From contig CP068257.2 in NCBI GenBank assembly GCA_009914755.4, forward strand, positions 37,952,001-38,016,000: a DNA stretch of 64,000 nucleotides, read 5' to 3'. The translations under genes and the position numbers were made by a program. Numbering within the stretch: position 1 is the first letter of the stretch; each line of letters begins with the position of its first letter. Below the pieces are notes generated by a model. It saw only the letters and a list, made by a program, of their open reading frames with translations. It was not told the DNA's origin and did not search any database. Below are positions 1 through 13,035 of this stretch, in pieces. The stretch comes from the human T2T-CHM13v2.0 reference genome, Homo sapiens.

Positions 1-1059
1 AGAGAAAAACACAACTGCACCCACCGGTCCCACTTACACGAATGACCGATATCATCAAGTGGGCACCCGCACTCCGCTGCAAGTCTGCAGTGCTGTGTAT
101 TGCCGGCGCACTGGCTTTTCCATTCTCCTAGGTGAAGATGCCAAGAGGTTCTCCTCTTCTTGGATTCCCACCATCCTCTCCTTCTTCCTGTCTCAGCTGG
201 TGATCTTGCTTCGTTCTTCACTAAAGACATGAAAGAGAACGTTTCCAAACTCCCACTGCACCTACCCACCCACCTGTGTCTGCATTTATATCCTCCACGT
301 TCCCTTCTGCTGCCATAGAGATGAACTGCCCAAGCTCCTAGAGTGGGGAAGTTCTCCTGCTTGTGCCTAGGACCTGTCCCCTGTTGCCTATTGAAAGGTG
401 TGCTGCGGCGTGAGACTCCCCTCCCTCTCCTACATCATCATTTCTATCTCTTTCCTGGCTCATAAGTGCACAAACATGCTTTCATTTCTTCCACCTTAAA
501 AAAAAATCTTCTGTTGATCCCACTCTCCTCCTCAGCTATTGCCTATTTCTCTGCTCCCTTTTACAGAAAACCTCTGAGAGAATTGTCCATATTTCCGGTT
601 CCTAGTTCCTCTCCTCTTGTTTTATTTTATTAAGGAAAATGTTTGTTTCAGAATGATCTCAGATTTATGGAAATGTTGCAAAGGTGATATTCTCATTTGA
701 AATTACTGTAATCAGGTTTTCTCACGCCTCTCCCCAAACTGCTCTTGTCACTGTCATCGATAAGCTCCCCTTCACCAAGCTGCAGTGAGGAAACCTTAGC
801 CTTCAGCTTCCTGAAGCCATCAGCAGCGCCTGGTGTGGCTCACTCTCCTTCCTCTGCCTGCTTCCTGGCCTTCCGTGGTCTACCACTCCAGGTTTCCCTC
901 CTGCCTCTCCAGCTGCTTTCTGTTTTTTTTTTTTTCTCCTTTGCTCTCCTGCCTGGGTCCCTGTCCTGGGACCTCTTCTCATCTCTGCCTACACCTGCTC
1001 CCTGTCTTCCAAGCTCATGGCTGTGGATACAAATTACACGCACATGACTCACACATTTG

Positions 1060-2076
<1,017 letters not shown>

Positions 2077-2107
2077 TAAACCCGTTCTATTGCACCCATG
2101 AAACTTA

Positions 2108-2190
2108 CATTCTTATACTACCCTATAGAATTTATTTCTTATATTGACTTTTTATTTTCTCTCTCCCACTAGCATTTAAACTTCTGCTCA
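2108..2190. repeat. Copy A of an ~80-bp direct repeat (partner at 2588-2668)
   Basis: cattcttatactaccctatagaatttatttcttatattgactttttattttctctctcccactagcatttaaacttc recurs at 2588-2668 with about 90% identity. Confidence 0.85.
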
Positions 2191-2212
2191 TTCTAACAGG
2201 GAAGGAAAAAGC

Positions 2213-2343
2213 AATCAGAGATTTAGGAATTGGGAAGCAAGTGACAAATCTACCATTTTCTGTACCTTCTAAGAAACACAAACAGAATCAAGGGACAAAG
2301 CTCTTGAACTAATGAGTGGGTTCAGAAAGAACGAGCTTACCCA
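2213..2343. repeat. Unique flank that is inverted-duplicated at 3251-3383
   Basis: The reverse complement of gatttaggaattgggaagcaagtgacaaatctaccattttctgtaccttctaagaaacacaaacagaatcaagggacaaagctcttgaactaatgagtgggttcagaaagaacgagcttacc matches 3251-3383 at about 92-95%. Confidence 0.85.
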
Positions 2344-2581
2344 GGCTGGACTCAGTGGCTCACATCTGCAATCCAAGCACTTGGGGAGGCCGAGGCAGGA
2401 GAATTGCTTGAGCCCAGGGGTTTGAGACCAGCCTGGACAACATGGTGAAACCCTGTATCTACTAAAGATATGAAAAATTAGCTGGGCATGGTGACGTGCA
2501 TCTGTGGTCCCAGCTATACAGGAGACTGAGGTAGGAGGATCACCTGAGCCTGGGAGGTCCAGGCTGCAATGAGCCATGACC
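2344..2581 (+). mobile_element. Alu SINE, 3'-truncated (no A-tail)
   Basis: ggctggactcagtggctcacatctgcaatccaagcacttggggaggccgaggcagg ... ends abruptly at gagccatgacc. It joins the flank at 2213-2343 at the same 5' junction as the inverted Alu at 2942-3250. Confidence 0.9.
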
Positions 2582-2587
2582 TTATAC

Positions 2588-2668
2588 TACGTTCTTATAC
2601 TACCTTATAGAATTTGTTTCTTATATTTACTTTTTATTTTCTCTCTCCCACTAGCATCTGAACTTCAC
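2588..2668. repeat. Copy B of the ~80-bp direct repeat
   Basis: See 2108-2190. This copy has an internal mini-duplication (cttatactacgttcttatactacc). Confidence 0.85.
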
Positions 2669-2890
2669 GGGAGCAGAGATTGGTTTGTTATTTTGCTCTA
2701 CCTTTAGACTCCAGTACAGTGCATGGCACTGAGCAGGTATGCAACCATTTTTGTTGCATGAGCGAATGTGTCCTGTACAGAGTTTTAATTAATGTTTTTT
2801 TTTTTCCACAGACAGCCTGTAAATTCTTGGCTATATTAATATCTTGATACTTAGAGTTTTAGTTCTTTTTTAGTGGCATCTTATTTTTGA

Positions 2891-3383
<493 letters not shown>

Positions 3384-3819
3384 TGGGGTTGCTGTTTCCT
3401 TCCTTGTTAGAATGAGCAGAAGTGGTATCATGGACATCCTTGTCTTATCCTGATTTTAAAGTGCTTCTAGCATCTCTCCCTTGATGTTTGCTGTAACATT
3501 TTGGTATACAAGCTTTATGAAGTTTAAGAAACTGATTTCTATTCCAGAGACCTTTTAAATTATAAAATATACACTGAAACTTGTCAAATACTTTGTCATT
3601 CCTGATTGAAATGGTCATGGGATTGTACGTACTTTTAGTCTATGAATGTTGTAAATTACATTGACAGATTTTTCTTTGCTTTCCTAGAATAAACTCTATT
3701 TGGTCACATTGTATTTTTCAAAAGTACATAGAGTTAGATTTAGCTAGCTAATATTTTATTTAGAATTTTTGCTAAATAAATGATTTAGTAAAATAAAGAA
3801 CAAAATGAGTTTGCAAATA

Positions 3820-3822
<3 letters not shown>

Positions 3823-3852
<30 letters not shown>
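3823..3852. repeat. (GT)15 microsatellite
   Basis: Perfect gt dinucleotide run. Confidence 0.98.
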
Positions 3853-3855
<3 letters not shown>

Positions 3856-5899
3856 TTGCATTGTTGTTTTCTGGTTTTAGAATTAAGATTACATTAGTCT
3901 CTTAAAGTGAGTGTGTCCGATTTATTTTGCTCTTTTAATATTTTGTGAACATCTTAGATTAAGACAAGATAACTTAGGAATTAATGGTTTCTTGAATGTT
4001 TGGGAGATCTAACAAGGAAAATTGTCAGAGACTGGAGGTCTTTTGGTAGCAGAGATCTTTGACCACTACATCAGTTTCTCTAACATTTACTCTGTATTTG
4101 TCTTTTTTTCCTGGTGCCAGGTTTGGTATTTGTGTATCTTTCTCCCCTGCTGCACCCCAAGTGAACCATTCCCATCCTGGGCAGGCACAGCTCCCCTACT
4201 GCACCCCAAGTGTCTTCAAAAGCAATTGCAAAAAACTGAAAATAGACAGGTGGGACTTGATTATACTAAGGAGCTTCTGTAAAAGCAAAATAAACTATCA
4301 GCAGAGTAAACAGCCAATTTTCCTAGAAATAGATCCTTTCTAACCTAGGTCCCCAGATTTATTAGTATATGGGTGTTCTTACACTATTTCAAATCTCATT
4401 TTGCCTGTAGTTATGTCCCCTTTTTATTTTATATTATATTTATTTATATATTTTCTCTCTCACTCTCTTGGTCTTTCTCTTCTTCACTATTTTGATGATT
4501 CTTGCCAAAAATATGTCTTCTTAATTTTTGTAGGTCTGGGAATCAGATTCTGAGCCTCTGAGCTTTGCATGCTAGGGACTTAAGAATATTTTCTTTTGAG
4601 GGGTGAGAGGAATATGATTGGGTGGAGGGGGAAGGTAAACTGTGATTGAGTTGCCCTTGGTTGAACGCAGGCCATCAGTGGATCCTGCTAGGAGCCCTGG
4701 AGCTAGGATGGCCCTTGAGAGCCATCCCACTGAGGCAAGGGGGCTGAGCCTTTGTCCCCACTCCACCCCCTTCATCAGATGCAGGCAGTCCCAGAAAAAC
4801 CTTAGGAAAGGCAGCTTCCTTTGCCAAGGGCAATTCCTGGACGGCTCAATGCTGAAAAGGGTAGGGTAGGGAACCCAGGAAGTACGCGACAGCATCTACT
4901 ATCTCACATTCCTGGAGCATCTACTCCAGATCGACTCAGATCTACTCCCTTCACAGAGCAATGTGCTTTCAAAGGTGTGCTGAAACCAGCTTGTAACAGA
5001 TTGTGACAGCAGATTGTTAGACTTTTCAGGAATTTTGCAGGACAGTTGTTAAGCCATTGGTAGCTTGAAATAGGCTATGGAGGAAATTTTTACACCATGG
5101 TAATTGGCAAATGCTCCAAGTTAGTATCTTTCCCCCTTTTTTCTAACAGATGATGTAGCAGCACATAATCATGCTTAATTAAACAGCTGCACCAGCATTC
5201 TGGCTAATCTTTCCTAGGGAAACTCAGGAGAGCCCTATAGTCCTGCAGTCTTTATTGCTAAACTCGTCTCAAAGTCACAGCGCACACTCATCTTCTCCCT
5301 CTACCCTTACACGTTCTGTATTCCCCTGCCCTTGGCTGAGTAGCACTTCTGGTCTAAGTGGCTGACCTCATGGGGGTGACCTAGACCCTCATCCCTAAGG
5401 AGTCTGAACACCTGGCTACCATGTTAACACAGAACTACACTTGGACATTTGTTGTCAAGATTGGGCAGGGGTGTAACAAAAGACACGCAGTGGATCACCT
5501 GGGTGCCAATGTAATCTTCCCTACTGCCACTCATGACAGTAGTCTTACCCACCCCAACGAGCAGGGTCAATGGCCCCTGCTGGGATGGAAATACTTTCCT
5601 GTCTGGTTGGTCTCTTGTCACAAGAAGCTTAAAGAGAGTGGGCAAAAACCACAATGGGACTCTTACTGTGTGCCCTGGAAGAAGCATTCCCTCTCTGTCA
5701 ACTAGGACCTTATACCCACAGCACCTGGAGTGTGTGGGCACGAGAAGTACAAATTTCCCAAGCAGATCGCGGAGAGTAATGGGGAGCAGGGCCACTCTGT
5801 CCTCCCCCTTTTGTTCTTGTGACCGTTTATTGGAGACAAACCACCATATGATGGTCCTTCATGAAGGGTTTAGGCTGCCTCCTGGAGGATGGTGGTTCA

Positions 5900-6117
5900 T
5901 CTTTGCAGGTTATCACCTCCAAGCTGATGCCTCAGTTGCATCTTCAAACGGTGATTCCAAGCCTTCACTAAATTAGCAGCTTCCATGTGTAGTGTTATAT
6001 GATAGGACCAAGGGATTGCATGCTCAGGTATACACTGCTACACTTCTTTTATTGTAAAGTGGGTCTCTTGACCCACAATATGCAATGTTATGTAGGCTGT
6101 TTAGTTGGTGGATAAAA

Positions 6118-6163
<46 letters not shown>

Positions 6164-6720
6164 TTTTATAAATTTTATCAGACTGTGATGCCGGCTAAGC
6201 TTTCTAGGCAAGAAAGGCAAAACCATACTCAGAAAATGTGTTGGTTTCCATTAAGATGCATTGCTGCATCAGAAAGGGGTCTGATGTAATTAACTTGCAA
6301 AGACGTGTCTTGTTAGTCTTCTCCAGGGATGATGGTATCTTGGAGGCTCAGAGGTAGTCTCTGTTGCTTGCAAATTGGACATTGGGTAGTAGCAGTAGTT
6401 AGATCAGCTGGTGAATAGGAGCCCATGCGTTTGGACTCATGCGTAACCTCCACCCTTGCCATTATGACTCCTTTGTTCAGGAGCCTGCTAGTGTGGCTGG
6501 TGACAGAGGCTGGCTACAGTAACTGGCCAGGTCATTCTGCCCACTTGGTTGTTTAGTGCCCTTTTCATGGTGAATTCTCTCCCTGGGGCATTGACATGGG
6601 ATTGAAAGATCTCCCTTATGTCCATTCACTTGCTTCTTCCAAATTCTCTTTTCCAGGCTCCGAATCAAGCAGCTAAGATATATGGTATTGAGTCTAGGTC
6701 TAGGCTTATTTTGGGTCATT
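5900..6720 (-). mobile_element. Endogenous-retrovirus pol fragment (integrase N-terminal zinc finger and core; class III ERVL-like is my guess), interrupted by a (TG)n microsatellite
   Basis: The reverse complement of 6301-6440 translates to ...DLTTATTQCPICKQQRLPLSLQ... (the C-x2-C half of the HHCC zinc finger). After a frameshift it reads ...PPRYHHPWRRL.. Further 3' it reads ..LQVNYIRPLS..GNQHIF..EYGFAFLA.., compared with the retroviral integrase core W-Q-V-D-Y-I-G-P-L / G-Y-G-F-A-F. Stop codons and frameshifts show it is a pseudogene relic. The extent is uncertain and it may reach 5400-7100. Confidence 0.5.
6120..6170. repeat. (TG)25 microsatellite
   Basis: Perfect tg run of about 51 bp inside the ERV remnant. 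Confidence 0.98.
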
Positions 6721-7321
6721 CATCTCTGTCATTTGCTTGGAATGTATAGTATTTTCAATTGATCTAAATATTGAAACATTGACCAAAAATCATTTTAAAA
6801 TTTAAAAAGAGTAAATGAAAATTTCTGCATTTAGTTTTCTTTCCCTGACTGCATGTGCTATGCTTATGAGAAAGAACTGGAGACTTAACTGACAATAAGT
6901 TAAAAATGGGACAAAACATAAGGCAACGGAAATGCTCAGGCCACATTGATAGAAAAACTGTGTCACATCGTTTCCTTCGTTGCCTGGGTGGGCCGACAGC
7001 ACTTAGAGTGTACATCCATTTATGGGGGTGACATATTTTCCAAAGGGATGCCCAGATTAGACCAAGCCCAGGACTGGTTACAGGAATGAGAAACAATTAA
7101 CTGAGGAGGAGAGAAGTTTGGGGTGAACTTGTTGCCAGAATAAAGTGATGCATTAGTGCTGGCCCATGAATCAACCGCATCCAAATCTGTGGAGGAAATT
7201 CTAAAAAATCCCAATTTCTAGGATGAAACCTAAGATCGTGCACAGCTCGAAGAATCTATTATAAGATAAGGGAGTTGTGTTTTTACAGGCTACCATGAAG
7301 AATCAGGTACAATCCTGGGGA

Positions 7322-7695
7322 GCATGTCGTAGTCCATTTGGGCTGCTATAACAAGAACAGAATACCATAACCGGGGTGGCTTATAAACAACAGACATTTA
7401 TTTCTCACCGTTCTAGAAGTTGAGAAATCCAAGATCAAGGTGCCAGCAGACTTGGTGTCTGGTATAGACCTGCTTCCTGTCCATAAAGGGCACCTTCTCC
7501 TCTGTGTCCTCACATTATGGAAGGAGCAAGGCAGCTTTCTGGGACCTCTTTAAAAAGGACACTAATCTCATTCATCAGAGCACCCTCCCCATGACCCTAA
7601 TGACCTCCCAATGGTCCCACCTCCTAATACCATCGCACTGGCAGTTAGGATTTCAACACATGAACTTTGGGGGAGGGACCTAAACATTCACACCA
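7322..7695 (-). mobile_element. MaLR LTR, MLT1-like (solo LTR)
   Basis: gggctgctataacaagaacagaataccataaccggggtggcttataaacaacagacatttatttctcaccgttctagaagttgagaaatccaagatcaaggtgccagcag ... gttaggatttcaacacatgaactttggggg. This is the reverse complement of the MLT1-type LTR 3' end, which is homologous to the THE1 3' end (ccagaactgtgag.aataaat..gtttaagccacccagtctatggtattttgttatagcagcc). Confidence 0.7.
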
Positions 7696-8264
7696 TAGCG
7701 GAACATTACCACAGAAGAATAAACTGGGACCCATGTAGAACAGGTGTAGGGGTAGAGTGATTCAAGTAAAAAAACCCAAACCAAGTAAATAACCAGGTGT
7801 AGCCATGAGTGGAACAGGCTTCCTCCTGCTGTGGAAAGCTCTGTGTCGTTAGAAGTATTTAGGCAAAGTTTGCGTTGTGGGGATTCTATTAAAAAGAATT
7901 CCAGCTTTGGGAGGGAAGTTAATTTGGAAAAGCTCAAAGGTTCTTTCATTTATTCAACATATATTTGCTGAGCACAAACTATATGGCAAAGGTTATAGGG
8001 CTGAAGAAGACAAGTCCCTGCCCTCTAGGAGCTCACATTCTGATAGAGTGATTTCAACAAAGTCCAGATTTAAAGAATGTCAAAATAGAAGAAGGAGAAT
8101 CCTAAGGCATGTATTAGGGAAAAATTCCACTTAGAAATAAATGTATTCCTATGTTCCTAGCAAGGAGTTAACTGGAAAAAAAAGGAAATAGGAAAAATTG
8201 ATTTTAAGTGTGAATATAGGCATTGGAAAATTGGCAGTATATGAAGTGTTATCAAGTGTTCTGA

Positions 8265-8266
<2 letters not shown>

Positions 8267-8304
<38 letters not shown>

Positions 8305-8310
8305 TATATA
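8267..8310. repeat. (AC)n(AT)n compound microsatellite
   Basis: acacacacacacacacacacacacacac followed by atatatatat. Confidence 0.95.
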
Positions 8311-9479
8311 AATTTAGCATTGTTATATTTAATAGAATGAAATCATGGTGCTTAATTAGCCCACAAATGGAAGAGAATAACAGTTTGGCAGTCCTACAAG
8401 GGAAGCATATGGGCATATTTCCTCTCTTACTCACTGGCCTTGGTAAGGTGTTGGTGCAGGCAGTTAAGCTTTTGAGAAAAGGATGCTGACTCAGGAAGGT
8501 TTTTGAGCTTTCCTTGAGCTTCAGTAAGAGGAAATTTAAATTTGAACATTCCCTTGCTTCCATGATTAGCTTAGAAGTCATAATAAGAATAATGTCATTG
8601 TATTAAATGTATTCAAATTCTATGGTTTAAAAAAGTAGCTTAAGTCTCTAAAGAGTTCTTTGGTATTCTTTTTGAATTTAATGTTAAATTTTAAAAACTT
8701 AAAAAATACACAGATTAGGACTTCTATTTTTATCAATGATGTAATCCACATACCCCAAAACTGTTATTTTTTTATAGCAAAACAATAGTTTTGCCATAGA
8801 AAACAAAACAAAACAAAACAACTAGAAATAATAGATAAAATACAACCAAGTTTCTTCTAAAGGAAAGTTCCACTTGCAAGAAAGTGAGGGACACCTTTAG
8901 GCCAAAACAGAGCAGGACCTAAGAAACAGAGCAGTCAGAGAGGAATGATGCTGCTATTGCCTTGGGAGATTTGCTAATCTTCCTAACCAAGGGGTTTAGA
9001 TTTTAATACCCATGCTGGGAAAGGAGCATCGTGTTGGGACAGCTTATGGTAGAAACCTGGAACTGAAAACATTTATATCAGGTCAGGACCCACAGATTGT
9101 TGCATCTTCTATAAAAGGGCAGATTAGAAGAATAATCTGCCCACCAGGGCAAGTGACAAGGAAGCATGTCTGCTGTGGCTCAGGCTTTGGGTGTTCACCT
9201 GCCTTCAGGTAGGGGTGGGGCTTGCATTTGCTCTACCTGCAGAGTCTGACAGCCACCAACCCATCCAGCTGAGCAACGAACCGAGGTGGTCTAGGCTGAT
9301 AATTTCCCTGGGTGTCTAGCAGAAACAAACAGCTTTGTGGGGACACACTCTTAAATGAGACCACACAGCATAATTACAGAGAGAGCTCCACTGAGATGAG
9401 CTCACAGTTAGAAATGGCAGAATGAATTCACCATGCAGGAATGTCAGCAGGCACATCAGCACAGGATAGGACTTTCAAG

Positions 9480-10110
9480 ATATTCAGGTGAAAGAATACT
9501 TGTTACACACCATGAAATACTTATTTTAAAATCATTAAGGACATTAGAAGGAATGAAAAAAGAAAAAAGACACAAAAAAGGCCAGAAGAATTGCAAAGAA
9601 ATCAAATAGAACTTCTATAAATGAAGAAAGCTATTGAAATTAAAACCTAAATGGAGCAAAGAGCCAAATAAATGAAATAAAAATTAGATGTGAAGAAATT
9701 ATCTAGAAGATGAGAGAGAGAATATAAAGGCAAGGTCAATAGAATGGAAGATAGAAAGAGATCCCAACAGTTGTGTAACAGAATTTCCAGAGAGAGATAA
9801 TAGAAGAAATAGAGGTAATATTCAAAGAAATAATGGCTGAGCATTTCCTAATTTCCGTGAAGGAAATGAAACCTTAGATTCAGGAAGCACAATGAGACCT
9901 AAGCAGCATAAATTTAAAAAAACAAATCAACATCTAGACACACAGCAATGAAACCACAAAACACCAAAAACAAAGGTCCTACCTAAAAGTAATGAGGAGC
10001 AAAGTCAGGTTAAATGCAAGAGACACAGGACGTTTGGCACCATCAGACTTCCCAACAGAAACATTAAAAGTCAGAAGACAATAAAGTAATAATAAAAATA
10101 ATAGTCAGCC
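9480..10110 (+). mobile_element. Old LINE-1 fragment (ORF1-derived region)
   Basis: A-rich sequence whose translation resembles L1 ORF1 (..NFRERDNRRNRGNIQRNNG.., ..RPTPRHIIVK-like motifs) with frameshifts. Followed by a MIR. Confidence 0.5.
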
Positions 10111-10139
10111 TTATTTAAGGAATTGTGTTCTAAGTGCTT

Positions 10140-10330
10140 TACACTTATTATCTCATTTAATTTTTACAGTAACCCTATAAGATGTGAGCTAATATTATTC
10201 TTATGTTTCCAATGAGAAAACTGAGGCACAGAGACTTTGAGTCATTTGCTAAGGTCGGATAGCTCCTAATTGGCAAAGTCACGATGGGATCCCAGGGATT
10301 CTGAGGATGAAGCCTGTGTTTAATAACTGT
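10140..10330 (-). mobile_element. MIR SINE fragment
   Basis: gtgctttacacttattatctcatttaatttttacagtaaccctataagatgtgagctaatattattcttatgtttccaatgagaaaactgaggcacagagactttgagtcatttgctaaggtc is the reverse complement of the MIR core (acagatgaggaaactgaggcacagagaggttaagtaacttgcccaaggtcacacagc). Confidence 0.65.
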
Positions 10331-11231
10331 TATGCCAAGTGAGCATTTTCAAATATATGAGAGAAATTACTATCAATCTAGAATTCTAGAGCCAGCTAGC
10401 GATCATTGAAGAGTGAGTGCAACATGAATGGAAAGTAGTAGACCCTCAATGAAAAAGACCACTAAAAGACAAAAGCACAGACTATATAAAATAAAAATAA
10501 TGAAGACTAGTTTTGGGCTATAAATGAGGTAAGATGCAATGCAGGACAATAATGCCATGTGACCTGGGGAAGGGTGACCGGAGTCCACATTGTGATGTTT
10601 TTGCATTGCTCAGGAGGATGAGAGAGATTGGACTAACTTTGGACTTTGTATATGTCTATAGACATATGCCTAGTCTAATTTTAAAGGATACTAGCAAAAG
10701 GATATGTCGGAAACAAGTACTCAGCGTAGCCAAAAGAAACCTGCACTTAGACAGAAAATTTCTCAGCAAGGTACCTTTACTTCTGCAGAAGGGTGCTGCT
10801 TGCGCCTGTTACAATCGCAAAAGCACACTGAACAAAGGAGGAAAGGAGTTTTTAATCCTAACGCAGTTCCTGTTTCTGTGTCCTTCTCCTGTTGGCTGGG
10901 GTTGGACCACACAATCTAAGCTAATCCTGATTGGCTAAGACTTAAACTTTTTCCAAAAAGGGTAAATGTGCTATTTGCATTTGAAGAAGAAAGGGGGTAG
11001 GATTGATTTACAACTTATACAGCTTATGACCAGAAAGTTGAGTCTTTGAAGAGGAACTTCGTTGCCCCAACAGATAGAAAGAGAAAATAATTTCCAAACT
11101 AATCTAGGGAAAAATAGGAATAGAGGAAAGTTGATTTATCTGATAATTATTTTGATATAAGTATTCAGAGTTGTATTTATTTTCTTTTCCTAGGTTTTCA
11201 TTTTTGGGTGTGAATTTACATGTGACCTGCA

Positions 11232-11405
11232 TGTTGAGAGGAAGGATGCTAACTTTCATTGAGCGCCTACTCTGTGCCTGCTGTTTTGCATATGTTATTG
11301 GAGTCAATCTTCACAGTAAACCTGTAAGGGAATTAGTATTATTCCCTGTTTACAGATAAAGAAACCAAGGCTCAGAGAGTTACATAACCTGCTCACAATC
11401 ATAGA
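11232..11405 (-). mobile_element. MIR SINE fragment
   Basis: cattgagcgcctactctgtgcctg ... ccctgtttacagataaagaaaccaaggctcagagagttacataacctgctcacaatcatagag. Confidence 0.65.
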
Positions 11406-11911
11406 GCTTTTGTGAACCAGAAAATAACTTCAAAATCAGTTGTCTGACTCAAAGTCCAGGATATTTCTCCACTTTACTAGAATTTCCAAACCCCTGAGGA
11501 GCAGAGAGCTCTGAAAAGGGGCTCTGGAATCCCAGTGTGCCCTCAACCGTGGGAGTATCCTGGATAAAGAATCTCTGTGTTCCATTTTTTGTGTAAATGT
11601 GTGGAAAGGCCCTTGTGAAACAGAAAGTGCAAATTCCTTTAAAATCTAGGTGGTCTTTCGTCAGTGTTTGTCTTCTCAGGCAGCAGATGTTATTATGTGA
11701 AGGGATCCAGGACCTCTTTTTTTATGTAAAGAAAAAAAAAAAGCAAGCAGTCTTCTTACTAAATACATGGGAATCCCTGAACTTGGCTTTTCACCCAAGA
11801 CCCATAAAAACCCCAGGGCATTTGCAGTGTAAGGGGTGCTTTCCGCATGGTTCTGACTCCACTGTCAGAAGGGCACGTCTCCACTTCTGCCTCCTTCCTA
11901 AGAGATGCCAG

Positions 11912-13035
11912 ATACTCTATCTGATATGGCTTGGATTTGTGTCCCCACCGCAATCTTATGTTCAGTTATAATCCCCAGTGTTGGAGGCGGGTCCTGATGG
12001 GAGGTGATTGGATCATGGGGGCGTTTTGAAACCGCCTTTGCGAAATTATAACTGAGGAAATTATGACAGTGAAAGAGATCAGACCTAACCGACTCTACCT
12101 TGCTTCTAACTTTTAAGCTGTCCTTGTTCATTCCTGGGTATAGGCTGAACTAACTTTGGGACGGAATTCAGTTCATCGTTTGACTCGAAAACAAAATCGA
12201 TAACAGCCCTTTCCCTTTTTGCCTGGGAACTAGTCTGCCTTTGCAGGACTAACAAATTAGCTACAAGATTAGAAATTGCAATTTAAGGGTTATGCAGCCT
12301 CTGGCTCCAAGAGTTTGAACCTCACCAAATTGCTCCTGGGGATAACATCACTATTGTGAAACCTACGATCAGGGCTTGAGATACTTTGCAGATCCTGCAC
12401 TTGGTGGGTCAGCTGACACCACCCAGACCAGTCATCTGGCCCAACCAGTTCTGCCGTCGCACCCAGGAACAGAGGACATTAAGAAAACTCCCTCTGATTC
12501 TACCTCCGGCCTGACCAATCAGCACTTCTCACTTCCCAAGCCCCTCTCCGCCAAATTATCTTTAAAAACTCTGATCCCCGAGACGGATTTAAGTAATCAT
12601 AAAACTCCGGTCTCCCGCACAGCCGGCTCTGAGTGAATTACTCTTTCGCCACTGCCGTTCCCCTGTCTTGATAAATTGGCTCTTGTCTGGGCAGCGGGAA
12701 AGGTGAACTCATTGGGTGGTTACAGTTTTCTCATGAATGGTTTAGTGCCATCGCCCTTGGTTGTGACAATGAGCGAGTTATTGTGAGATCTGGTTATTTA
12801 AAAGTGTGCGGTAGCTCCCCCTTCTCTCTCTTCTACCTGCTCTGGTCATGTAAAACGTGCACCTGCTTCTTGCTCTCCTTCTGCCATGACTGAAAATTTC
12901 CTGAGGTCTCCCCAGAAGCTGTCAAGCTTCCTGTACAGCCTGCTGAGCCATGAGCCAATTAAACCTCTTTTCTTTATAAATTACCCAGTCTCGGTATTTC
13001 TTTATAGCAACATGAGAATGGACTAAAACACTGCT
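11912..13035 (+). mobile_element. MaLR LTR of THE1/MST type, split by a nested insertion
   Basis: 5' part gatatggcttggatttgtgtccccaccgcaatcttatgttcagttataatccccagtgttggaggcgggtcctgatgggaggtgattggatcatggggg matches the THE1 5' end (tgatatggtttggctgtgtcccc..). 3' part ..catgaatggtttagtgccatcgcccttggttgtgacaatgagcgagttattgtgagatctggttatttaaaag...gagccaattaaacctcttttctttataaattacccagtctcggtatttctttatagcaacatgagaatggactaaaaca matches the THE1 3' end. Confidence 0.75.
12040..12695 (+). mobile_element. Nested solo-LTR-like insertion inside the THE1-type LTR (family not assigned)
   Basis: The segment starts tgaaacc.. and ends ..ggttaca (TG...CA termini). It is flanked by gttt on both sides (4-bp TSD). 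It contains ccaatcag and tttaaaaa promoter-like motifs. It retains many CpGs (ccgtcgcacc, ccccgagacgg, ctccggtctcccgcacagccggctc), so it is younger than its host. Confidence 0.45.
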
